NCBI GenBank assembly: GCA_963822555.1
Contig: CAWGHY010000002.1
Coordinates: 2,865,743 to 2,929,742, forward strand
Length of the DNA stretch: 64,000 bases
Reading direction: 5' to 3'
Origin: Terriglobia bacterium
Lineage (GTDB): Bacteria; Acidobacteriota; Terriglobia; Terriglobales; Acidobacteriaceae
Made by a program: the position numbers and the translations under genes. How positions within the stretch are numbered: the stretch's first letter is position 1; every line of letters begins with the position of its first letter. Below are positions 46,001 through 53,405 of the stretch, in pieces. The notes beneath the pieces are model-generated. The model worked only from the letters and a program-made list of their open reading frames with translations, searched no databases and was not told where the DNA came from.

Positions 46001-46944
46001 TCGTGACACCTGCGCGGCGGCCTATTCTGACCGAAGCCTTGGGCGCGACCCTGGCCGGGCGCCAGGTGGATAACCTTGAGCTGCAAATCCTGCGCGGTGA
46101 CGGCAGAATCGGCCACTTCTCGGTCAACCTGAGTCCCATGCGCGACGAGCAATCGCATGTGATCAGCCTGGTCGTGGTGATGACTGACGTGACCGATGCC
46201 GCCAGCCTGCAATCAAAACTGATGCACGCCGAAAAGATGGCGGCGGTTGGGCAGCTGGTTTCAGGCGTTGCGCACGAGGTCAATAACCCGCTGACCGCCA
46301 TCCTCGGCTTTGCCGACTTGTTGATGGAGAATCCCGAACTGCCCGAGAGCGCACGCAAAGACATGCGCGTGATTCTTCAGGAGGCGCAGCGCACCAAGCA
46401 GATTGTCCAGAACCTGCTCAGCTTTGCCCGCCAGATGCCGCCGCAAAGAAAAGCCCTGCAGCTCAATCCCATTTTGCGCCGGACGGTTCAACTGCGCTCT
46501 TACGACTTCCAAAGTCACGGCGTGGAAGTGATCGAACATCTCGACCAGGAGCTGCCCAGCGTGATCGGGGACTCGCACCAGTTGCAGCAGGTGTTCCTGA
46601 ACATCCTGAACAACGCCTACGACGCGGTCGGTGAAACCGGACGCCCCGCGAAGATCGAGATTACGACAGCCCGCAAAGGCAATTCGGTTGAGATTTTGTT
46701 TCGCGACAATGGGCCTGGAATCTCGCACCCGGATCGCATCTTCGATCCGTTTTTTACCACCAAGGAAGTGGGCAAAGGCACCGGCCTGGGCTTGAGCATC
46801 TGCTACGGCATTGTGCACGAGCACGGCGGCGAAATTCTTTGTCAAAACAACAGCGGCGGTCCGGGCGCAACCTTCGTGGTACGCCTGCCCGCAACCCCAG
46901 AGACGGCCTCAGTCGGGGCCGCTGCCGGAGCCATACAACGATGA
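43075..46944 (+). CDS. Multi-sensor (GAF and PAS repeats) cytoplasmic histidine kinase
   Basis: 1289-aa ORF with a GTG start. No obvious TM segments. Several GAF-like and PAS-like segments precede the H-box AHEVNNPLTAILGFADLL, N-box LNILNNAYDA and G-boxes DNGPGI / GTGLGLSICYGIV. Confidence 0.9.
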   Translation: MDGDPLTISAEDAAARRGNGRTDDAFQRLLLKFSDAAAQGTPAQALIRLFCQATREFFQVDGTYFWQRVSADELLGAEADGVMADRFPGTRVQASQSSVAIAADAIRQQKTVYENQLDPARYLMAAEYRARSIMAAPLVVSHEAMGAAVFLHCSDPNFFNPDLAAKATILAGQLGSLLEASRLTQVSREEHRRTKILAEVAQAIHSAPQSSAVVEAVADRLRVLLRTRLVCMMLREGSGFSLRAVAAESSQLAASVRARHDRRGLQFAADLASRAVAAGEPISVAIDPATHALGELVPPGMLIAAPFRTSLTQGAVLIYPRQEGVFSAEEKSLISVVTGFAAVAIANAELYNTARARAYELHQLLDISAELGSIGQLDEFLQQFALRAADFLGFGRGFIGLLENDSFHVRWAAEHGQKKQVDFVLPPGPASRALFNKEVFWSDDPSKVPGANLEILSTFDVQQLLTVPLLDTDGEVLGMFGVLDRIDKAGISPEEVRRARALAAQVAVALEVTRNLHQSEQHRRRAESLMGLALELNGHLRLPDFARSFVGRAANIMGAHQAALVVKQETGMETLVIRDANGSEFQERSLLRRFSYAIEEALTRHEGAIISCGTTELFGPALVSELGESHGTLVRLLGASGDLVGVLFLGDREQRLAEEDNQILQAIAGHAAVALENARLFTRMDQANRHWVEIFDAISDFIVAHDEAGNVLRVNRSLAEFIGVQPQALIGVNMSALLAMGDGPPPRSCPFCRSITEGDDEYVHPVLERTYLVSTSRVHGASSEGMQTIHVLKDISDRLEVEQRYRELFDNIQEGLFFSTPDGRFIEVNDALVRMLGYASREDLLQVDVRNQVYFSSEGHQELAREMEEHGVVRNHEETLRRRDGSVVYVLINAFAVRDTQGRVTQFRGLMLDISGLKNFQAELQRERDFSGKILNNTQSLILVADTAGLISYANRRWHDMGYEQKQLLGRPLEELVTPARRPILTEALGATLAGRQVDNLELQILRGDGRIGHFSVNLSPMRDEQSHVISLVVVMTDVTDAASLQSKLMHAEKMAAVGQLVSGVAHEVNNPLTAILGFADLLMENPELPESARKDMRVILQEAQRTKQIVQNLLSFARQMPPQRKALQLNPILRRTVQLRSYDFQSHGVEVIEHLDQELPSVIGDSHQLQQVFLNILNNAYDAVGETGRPAKIEITTARKGNSVEILFRDNGPGISHPDRIFDPFFTTKEVGKGTGLGLSICYGIVHEHGGEILCQNNSGGPGATFVVRLPATPETASVGAAAGAIQR

Positions 46945-47345
46945 CCACACAACCTCTTACAAAGCCCTTACCTTTACCGGTATTACTCATCGAGGATGAG
47001 CCCGCCGTCATGGCCTACGTCCGCGCCGCCCTGGAGCGCAATGGCTACTCCGTGGTGTGCAGCGAGTCCGGCGCCGATGGTCTGCGGCTGCTGGAGTCGG
47101 GAGATTTCCTCGGCGTCGTCTCCGACATGCGCACGCCGGGAGGCGTAAACGGGGCCGATGTCCACGCCTGGGTGGCGCAATACCGCCCCGAGCTGGCGGC
47201 CCGGATAGTCTTCATCACTGGTGACATTGCCAACGAAGAAACGGTAGCGACGCTGCGCGAGACCGGCGCTCCCTGCGTCGAGAAACCATTCCGCGTACAG
47301 CAGTTTATTTCAGTGGTCGAAAAGACCATGGGGAGGGCAGAGTGA
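46941..47345 (+). CDS. Stand-alone receiver-domain response regulator
   Basis: ATG 46941 overlaps the kinase stop (ATGA). Canonical receiver residues are present: LLIEDE, VVSDMRTPG, VFITG and VEKPF. Confidence 0.85.
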   Translation: MTTQPLTKPLPLPVLLIEDEPAVMAYVRAALERNGYSVVCSESGADGLRLLESGDFLGVVSDMRTPGGVNGADVHAWVAQYRPELAARIVFITGDIANEETVATLRETGAPCVEKPFRVQQFISVVEKTMGRAE

Positions 47346-48745
47346 ACGAAGACTTACGAATCCGCCTCCTGATTGTTGACGATGAGCAGAGCATCCGCCA
47401 GCTGTGCATGACCGTGGGTGAAGCCCTCGGGTTTATCTGCATGGAAGCCGACGGCGGCGAGTCGGCCCTGGCGCTGCTCGAAGAGCAACCCGCGCACATC
47501 ATCCTAACCGACATGGTGATGCCGCAAATGTCCGGCCTCACATTTCTGGAAAAGGTAAAGAAGATGCTGCCCCGGACCGAGGTCGCGGTCATGACCGGCC
47601 ATGGGTCGGTCGAAACCGCGGTGCAGGCCATGAAGCTTGGGGCTTACGACTACATCAGCAAACCATTTTCTCCCCTGGAGGAGTTGCGGCTCTTTCTACG
47701 TCGCATGGCGGAAAAAGTCCGGCTGGTTGAAGAGAACGAATTCCTGCGCGAGCGCGTGGATACAGAAACCGAACTTCACGGGATCGTGGGCGCGTCCACC
47801 AAGATTCAGGATGTCCTGCGTATGATTTCGCGCCTGAAAGATACTCACACTCCCGTCCTGATCACCGGAGAAAGCGGTACTGGCAAGGAACTGGTGGCGC
47901 GGGCTATCCACTTCCGGGGGTCATTTGCGAAGCGTCCGTTCGTCGCCGTGGATTGTGGCTCGCTGGTTCCTACGCTCATCGAGAGCGAATTGTTCGGATA
48001 CGAGCGAGGCGCATTCACGGGCGCGATCAAAGCCCGGACAGGGCTGTTTCAATCGGCCAACGGAGGGACGATCTTTCTGGATGAGATCGGCGAACTGCCG
48101 CCGGAAATGCAAGCCAAGTTGCTGCGCGTGCTGCAGGAAAAAGAAGTGCGTCCGGTAGGCAGCAATCAGAAAATCAAAGTGGACGTGCGGGTGATTGCGG
48201 CCACCAATCGCGATCTTGAATCCGAGTACCGCGACGGCACCTTCCGCAAGGATCTCTACTTCCGGCTGAACGTGGTCACAGTACGGCTGCCTGCACTGCG
48301 TGAACGCCGCTCCGATATTCCCATGCTCGCGCATTGGTTCCTGGAGCGCTATGCGCGTGGCGGATCGATTCAGATTACAACCGCCGCCATGAAGTCCCTG
48401 CTGCAATATGACTGGCCGGGAAATGTTCGTGAACTGGAGAATTGCATCGAGCGAGCGGTCGCTCTCGGCGACCGGCGGACCATCGACTTCAACGATCTGC
48501 CGCCTTCCATCACGTCCGGTGTTCCGGGAGATATGAGTGTTGACTCTCCTTCGTCCGGGCTGACCACGACCGACCTGGAAGACATTGAGCGCGCCACCAT
48601 CGAGCGGGTCTTTGAGCAGGTCAAGGGGGATAAGGCTCTCGCCGGCAAAATGCTGGGGATCAGCCGGGCCACGCTTTATCGCAAGCTAAAGCGCTACAAC
48701 ATCGGTGGCCGGGAGGTAGCGGCGCCCATGCAGGCACTGCAGTAA
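47342..48745 (+). CDS. Sigma-54-dependent response regulator (NtrC family: REC, AAA+, Fis-type HTH)
   Basis: GTG 47342 overlaps the upstream stop (GTGA). Motifs LLIVDDE / ILTDMVMP, GESGTGKELVARAIH, GAFTGA, WPGNVRELEN and HTH LAGKMLGISRATLYRKLKRY. Confidence 0.92.
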   Translation: MNEDLRIRLLIVDDEQSIRQLCMTVGEALGFICMEADGGESALALLEEQPAHIILTDMVMPQMSGLTFLEKVKKMLPRTEVAVMTGHGSVETAVQAMKLGAYDYISKPFSPLEELRLFLRRMAEKVRLVEENEFLRERVDTETELHGIVGASTKIQDVLRMISRLKDTHTPVLITGESGTGKELVARAIHFRGSFAKRPFVAVDCGSLVPTLIESELFGYERGAFTGAIKARTGLFQSANGGTIFLDEIGELPPEMQAKLLRVLQEKEVRPVGSNQKIKVDVRVIAATNRDLESEYRDGTFRKDLYFRLNVVTVRLPALRERRSDIPMLAHWFLERYARGGSIQITTAAMKSLLQYDWPGNVRELENCIERAVALGDRRTIDFNDLPPSITSGVPGDMSVDSPSSGLTTTDLEDIERATIERVFEQVKGDKALAGKMLGISRATLYRKLKRYNIGGREVAAPMQALQ

Positions 48746-48749
48746 GGTA

Positions 48750-48817
48750 GCGCCGGCCTCTGGGCCGGCGCGAAGAGGCGGGCGAGACGCCCGCCCGACA
48801 GCCGGCGAGACGCCGGC
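48750..48817. repeat. Three tandem GC-rich stem-loops
   Basis: GCGCCGGCC-tctg-GGCCGGCGC (48750-48771), GGCGGGCG-aga-CGCCCGCC (48777-48795) and GCCGGCG-aga-CGCCGGC (48801-48817). Confidence 0.8.
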
Positions 48818-48830
48818 GCTACCCACCCAC

Positions 48831-48959
48831 TTGTCATCCCGAGTGAAGCCGAGGGACCTTGTGTTGGCTCGCGGCGGCAAGGCAGAAAGCCAACACAAGG
48901 TCTTTCGACTCCAGGAAGGGACTCGCACGCGAGTCCCTTCCCTCCGCTCAAGATGACAA
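48831..48959. repeat. Nested-palindrome MITE-like element, same family as 28943-29209
   Basis: Termini TTGTCATCCCGAG / CTCAAGATGACAA. Internal perfect 13-bp inverted repeat CCTTGTGTTGGCT (48857-48869 and 48888-48900) plus an AGGGACTCG-cacg-CGAGTCCCT hairpin. Shares the TCGACTCC and GTCATCC blocks with the 29-kb element. Confidence 0.75.
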
Positions 48960-49119
48960 AGTTGAAAAGATCATCTCAACTGTCCCCGGGCGTCGTCGAT
49001 GAGACAGTGTTTCATTCTGAGACAAACCTGTGAGGTCAATCTACTCTCCCAGTCTTCACATCCCAACCTAGCTACCCCGTAATCAGCAACTTACGGAAAA
49101 TTATCTCCACCAGTGACTT

Positions 49120-49135
49120 TGGTTGCGAGAGTGCT
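49120..49135 (+). promoter_or_regulatory. Candidate sigma-54 (-24/-12) promoter
   Basis: TGGTTGC-GAGA-GTGCT has GG and GC separated by exactly 10 nt (consensus TGGCACG-N4-TTGCW). It lies about 100 nt upstream of the GTG start at 49232 and downstream of a sigma-54 activator gene. Confidence 0.3.
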
Positions 49136-49231
49136 TTCTGAACTGGCGATGCGGTCCGGGTGCCCTTGCCATGCTAACCGGCAGCCTGGGGACCCAGGCC
49201 GCGTCAACCCTGGAAAACCGAGGTATTCGCA

Positions 49232-49582
49232 GTGTCCACACAGGCCACGGGCCGAGCGCGTGTCCGGCAGGAAAGCTGCACCGCCAAGCTAGCCAAATTC
49301 TTCCCGGAGGCTAGTCCGGTACGGATTCCAATACGCCTGACGCGAGTGCTGGGGGAAGGCAACGTCTGTACCGAGAGCACGGTGATTGAATTCGGTACAG
49401 CCCATGAAGTGCTGTTCTCTTCCACTCTGCCGCTGGAGTTTGCCGACCGGCTGCGGCTGGAGAATTCGGATGGGACGCTGAACGCCGAAGCCTCCGTTGT
49501 GGCCCTGCAATATACCAGCGGACGCACCGCGGTCGCTGCCCGCTTTACCCAGGAAGTCTCCAACTGGATCGTGAAACCATGA
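49232..49582 (+). CDS. Hypothetical small protein, possible degenerate PilZ-like beta-barrel
   Basis: 116-aa ORF with a GTG start and GAGG about 9 nt upstream. The N-terminal RARVR (RxxxR-like) is followed by alternating beta-strand-like segments. The canonical D/NxSxxG motif was not found. Confidence 0.5.
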   Translation: MSTQATGRARVRQESCTAKLAKFFPEASPVRIPIRLTRVLGEGNVCTESTVIEFGTAHEVLFSSTLPLEFADRLRLENSDGTLNAEASVVALQYTSGRTAVAARFTQEVSNWIVKP

Positions 49583-50667
49583 CTCTGAAACCGAAAACGC
49601 AGGATCTGGCTGCGGAGTGGCGCGAAGCTCGCCTGCTCCATCCTCTTTACACTGCTTTGGGGCGCGAGTTTGTGATCGAGCTGCCCTCTTGCCCCGACCT
49701 GGAATCCGGCCTGGAAGATCCGCCGCAGGAATCGGTCGAACAAGCGCGCCAGTGGCTGCTCGAAATGGACCAGAAGATACAAGTCCATCAACTGCGCCAG
49801 TTCCTTCAGACCACAAGTCTGACCAGCGAAGAAGCGCTCCAGACTTTGCTGCAACACCATCTCAACCGGACGACCCGGGTTGACTCGGACCGCGACAAGA
49901 TCGATTTCCTGCTGGTCCAGTTCTTCTCTCACTGCGCTCCTTCACGCCTGGAAGATGCAGACGTGGATCTGGCCTACGTGGCCCAGACGCTGGAGCCGGT
50001 CCTCGGCAATATTGACTTGAATGTGCCTTCGTGGCTCGAACCGCTCAATGATTTCATCCAGTCGGCCAACGGATGCCGCAGTTTGAATGAGCTACTGACC
50101 AGCGGCATTCTGGAAAAAGGCAGAAAACTAAAGATTTCTGCGAGTGAGGATTACTTCGAGCCCATCGCGATGGTGGCGTTCACCCGCTTCAGTTTCCTGA
50201 TGCGCCGTGTTTTCTTCCGTCTGATGCACCAGGACCTGAATACCATTCTGGATGGATTGCGGGAACTGGAAGCCCGCGGTGTCGACACTCTGGATTGCCG
50301 TTCCGCCCAGTTCTCGGCCGACGAACCGGTTACGCGCCTGCGCATGATCTGCCAGTCCTGGAAGGTGATGTTCCACGCCGAGTATTCTTCCGGCAGTCCG
50401 CTGCGCATGCTGGTAGATCTGCGCAACGTTGTGGACGCGGCCCTGTCCCGTACCCCCAAGAAGGCGGAGAAGGTTTCCAAGCCGGCGCCAGAATCGCCGG
50501 CGCCGCTCGCCAAGGCAGCGGCAGCGGGCGCGCAGGTTGCGACGGCGACCTTCGGCTTTGCGGCTTCCAGTTCGGAAGGGGCGGAGTTCGAAGTCAACGC
50601 CGCTCCCGAATGGGATCAGGATTCCTCGGCCTCTGACTACGCGCCGGCAGACGACGAAAAAGTTTAG
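49579..50667 (+). CDS. Hypothetical protein, no recognisable domain, acidic C-terminal tail
   Basis: 362-aa ORF whose ATG overlaps the upstream stop (ATGA). Strong G/C third-position bias in this frame. The antisense ORFs are Arg/Ser-rich. Confidence 0.65.
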   Translation: MTLKPKTQDLAAEWREARLLHPLYTALGREFVIELPSCPDLESGLEDPPQESVEQARQWLLEMDQKIQVHQLRQFLQTTSLTSEEALQTLLQHHLNRTTRVDSDRDKIDFLLVQFFSHCAPSRLEDADVDLAYVAQTLEPVLGNIDLNVPSWLEPLNDFIQSANGCRSLNELLTSGILEKGRKLKISASEDYFEPIAMVAFTRFSFLMRRVFFRLMHQDLNTILDGLRELEARGVDTLDCRSAQFSADEPVTRLRMICQSWKVMFHAEYSSGSPLRMLVDLRNVVDAALSRTPKKAEKVSKPAPESPAPLAKAAAAGAQVATATFGFAASSSEGAEFEVNAAPEWDQDSSASDYAPADDEKV

Positions 50668-50770
50668 GAGATCTTCAGGGCGTGGTATAGCCGCCAACAA
50701 GGTCATCGCTTCGCAGGGTCATACTCTTCAGGGTCATGCTCTGCAGCATCAGGGAACGGAGAGCAGAACT

Positions 50771-51445
50771 TTGGATCAGTCCACGGTATTGATAATTTCA
50801 GACGACGCCGACTTCTCGCGCGCCGTGATGGACCGCTGGCAAGGCGAAAGGAACGCTCCTGCTTTTACTCTGATGAGTGGCGATATCTGCCGCGATCTCG
50901 ATGGCGATGGTTTCGATATGGCGGTCGTGGGCGCGGTTCGCTCCGATATTCTTCCCGCTGCTCTTAAAGCGCTTGAACCGGCCGGCAACCCGGTGCTGTT
51001 TGTAAGTAACGGCGTATCCAAGATACGGCAGATGCAGCCCCGCGTCAGTGTTCTCCAGCAGCAGGAAGGCTGGCTGGATACGTTGGTATTGCTATCCACG
51101 GAAATCCTGCGGCACCGCGAGACACTGGCAAGGGCGCAACGCGCCGAGCAGTCAGTCAAGACGCTCGAACGGCAGGCCGCGTTGGGCCGTTATATGCTGG
51201 ATGTTCGGCACACCCTGAATAACGCGCTCACGTCGGTCCTGGGAAACTCCGAGTTGCTGCTCCTGGAACCAGGATCGCTGTCGGTGGCGTCGCGCTCTCA
51301 GATTGAAACCATCCGCAATATGGCCGTGCGCATGCACGAAATTCTGCACCGCTTCTCCTCAATCGAAAAAGAGCTGAATGCCGTGGAACAGCAAGCGGAA
51401 AACGAAGCCCGCACACGGGTTCGAGTGGCCGCTGCAAGTTCCTAA
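50771..51445 (+). CDS. Receiver-like domain fused to a HisKA-type DHp domain, no ATPase domain
   Basis: First canonical start after the upstream stop is TTG 50771, with GGAG 8 nt upstream. N-terminus TVLIISDDADFSRAVMDRW is receiver-like. The C-terminal H-box DVRHTLNNALTSVLGNSELLLLE resembles the neighbouring kinase H-box. The ORF ends about 60 aa later with no N/G boxes. Confidence 0.6.
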   Translation: MDQSTVLIISDDADFSRAVMDRWQGERNAPAFTLMSGDICRDLDGDGFDMAVVGAVRSDILPAALKALEPAGNPVLFVSNGVSKIRQMQPRVSVLQQQEGWLDTLVLLSTEILRHRETLARAQRAEQSVKTLERQAALGRYMLDVRHTLNNALTSVLGNSELLLLEPGSLSVASRSQIETIRNMAVRMHEILHRFSSIEKELNAVEQQAENEARTRVRVAAASS

Positions 51446-51562
51446 GGCCGGCTCGCCGAGTTAGAAAGAATTTTCATTCTCGTCTACAATTCTTTACCGC
51501 CTTCCTGCGGCCCAGTCGTGCGCCCTGGATTACCCCAACTTTGTTTCGGTAAGGAGACACCC

Positions 51563-52945
51563 ATGATTCGCCACTTCATCGTCTCGGCCCTGTTCGCGTT
51601 GGCGACAATTTCAAGCCAGGCCCAGCCTTCCCTGCCGTCGAGCTTCCAGGCAAGGACCATTCACAGTCCAGCCGGGGCAGACATCTTTGTGCGGTGGGGA
51701 GGAAGCGGGCCGGTCGCCGTGCTCATCCATGGTTACGCGGAAAACAGCGATTCGTGGGCGCCCCTGGCCGCCGATCTCATGAAGGACCACACGGTCGTAG
51801 TGCCCGACCTGCGGGGCATTGGCCGTTCCTCCAAACCCGACGGCGGCTACGACAAAAAGACACAGGCCCACGATATTCGCGCCGTCGTCACCGGTTTGGG
51901 ATACGACAAGACCTTCGTGGTGGCTCACGACATCGGCAACATGGTCGCATACGCCTACGCCGCGCTTTACCCCGACAAGGTTGAGCGGTTGGTGGTGATG
52001 GACGCGCCAATTCCCGGCATCGATCCCTGGAACGAGATTCTTCTAAATCCCGGGGTCTGGCACTTCAATTTTCATGGACCGGATGCGGAACGGCTGGTAG
52101 CAGGGCGGGAGCGTATTTACTTTGACCGGATATGGAACGACTTCACCGCCGATCCGAGTAAGCCGGACGATGCCACCAGAAATTTCTTCGCCGCCACTTA
52201 CGCGCAACCGGGTGGGATGCGCGCCGGGTTTGCGCAGTTCACCGCGTTTTCGCAGGATGCGAAAGACAACCAGATTTTCGAACGAACAAAACTGACCATG
52301 CCGGTGATGGCCGTGGGTGGAGAAAAATCCTTCGGCTCCCTTCAGGCCGTGATCATGCGCCACGTAGCGACCAACGTGCAGGAAGAGGTTGTCGCCGGTT
52401 CAGGGCATTGGCTCATGGAAGAACGCCCGGAATACACGGTGGCGCTGATTCGTAAATTCCTGGATGGCCCGGTGGTTGATCACACAGTTGCAAGCAACGT
52501 TGCTGGCGAAGCAGACCAGGAGCGCCTGGCACCCGGCGAATACAAGTTCCCGCAAGCTGGAAATCTGGGCGCTGGAAATCCGGGCACTGGAAGCTCCGGT
52601 GTCGCCGGTATTGAAACTGTTGTTCTGAAGGGCAATCCCAACCGGGCGGGTTTATACACGATCATGTTGCGCGTGCCGGCTCATACCCGCATCGCTGCGC
52701 ACTCGCACCGCGACGACCGAGTCGCGACTGTAATCTCGGGCACATGGCACATCGGTTACGGCGATAAGTTTGACGAAGCGAAGCTAAAAGCCTTGCCGCC
52801 GGGCAGCTTCTACACAGAACCGCCCTCCAGGAATCACTTTGCGGAAACCGGCGACGAAGCGGTAGTCGTTCAGATCACCGGTTTCGGTCCATCGTCGACC
52901 GAATACGTCGATCCCTCGCAGGACCCTCGCAAAACAGACAAATAA
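51563..52945 (+). CDS. Secreted alpha/beta-hydrolase fused to a C-terminal cupin domain
   Basis: ATG 51563 preceded by AAGGAG. Signal peptide MIRHFIVSALFALATISSQA. VLIHGYAENS...VVAHDIGNMVAY is an epoxide-hydrolase/haloalkane-dehalogenase-like nucleophile-elbow region with Asp at the nucleophile position. The C-terminus HSHRDDRVATVISGTW...FYTEPP is cupin-like. Confidence 0.82.
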   Translation: MIRHFIVSALFALATISSQAQPSLPSSFQARTIHSPAGADIFVRWGGSGPVAVLIHGYAENSDSWAPLAADLMKDHTVVVPDLRGIGRSSKPDGGYDKKTQAHDIRAVVTGLGYDKTFVVAHDIGNMVAYAYAALYPDKVERLVVMDAPIPGIDPWNEILLNPGVWHFNFHGPDAERLVAGRERIYFDRIWNDFTADPSKPDDATRNFFAATYAQPGGMRAGFAQFTAFSQDAKDNQIFERTKLTMPVMAVGGEKSFGSLQAVIMRHVATNVQEEVVAGSGHWLMEERPEYTVALIRKFLDGPVVDHTVASNVAGEADQERLAPGEYKFPQAGNLGAGNPGTGSSGVAGIETVVLKGNPNRAGLYTIMLRVPAHTRIAAHSHRDDRVATVISGTWHIGYGDKFDEAKLKALPPGSFYTEPPSRNHFAETGDEAVVVQITGFGPSSTEYVDPSQDPRKTDK

Positions 52946-53405
52946 GGACGGTGTGTAATCCAATTGCCGTTGCGACTCCGGGAAGCCTGGAAACAAACAT
53001 GCGGAGTAGAATCTGGCGCGCCAGATCAATCAAGCCGGCCTTGTCGGAAATTCCCGTACTCATTACTTATATGGCCCCAAAATGGCCAGCCAGCCCATCA
53101 AAGTCAAGCCTGGCTGGACTCCGCTTTCGAGATGTACCCTGCTGATATTGAAAGGCTTACGCTCATTCCACCGGTTACCGAGGGGCCGAGACGGGACGGC
53201 GCGAAGGCGTTGTTGAACAAGCTCGACGGCGACCCTCAGCACGGGCCATAAGGCGAAATTAAAGATTTGTTTGGAAAGCGCCGATACCTACCTGCAGCAC
53301 TGTGTCGCTGAGAATCCGCGACCCGCGGTCCCCCAAAATCAAATTTCAGGCATTTATTGCTTCACCAGCGCAAACATGTCTTAGGACGCATAGACAGGAG
53401 ATGAA

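Noticed and set aside
45277-46212. 311-aa ORF antisense to the multi-sensor kinase
   Set aside because: No start context and a low-complexity translation. It is fully embedded in a continuous 1289-aa kinase frame.
49204-49932. 242-aa and 175-aa minus-strand ORFs overlapping the two unknown plus-strand genes
   Set aside because: Considered as the real genes. However, they are Arg/Ser-rich, lack a start context and cross the ATGA junction of the plus-strand pair, which itself shows coding-type G/C third-position bias.
50429-50770. ORF-track N-terminal extension of the DHp-only protein
   Set aside because: The extension is extremely Arg-rich (RRRRRFPSRRQNRRRRSPRQRQRARRLRRR) and overlaps the last 240 nt of the upstream gene in another frame. 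That is characteristic of a non-coding frame.
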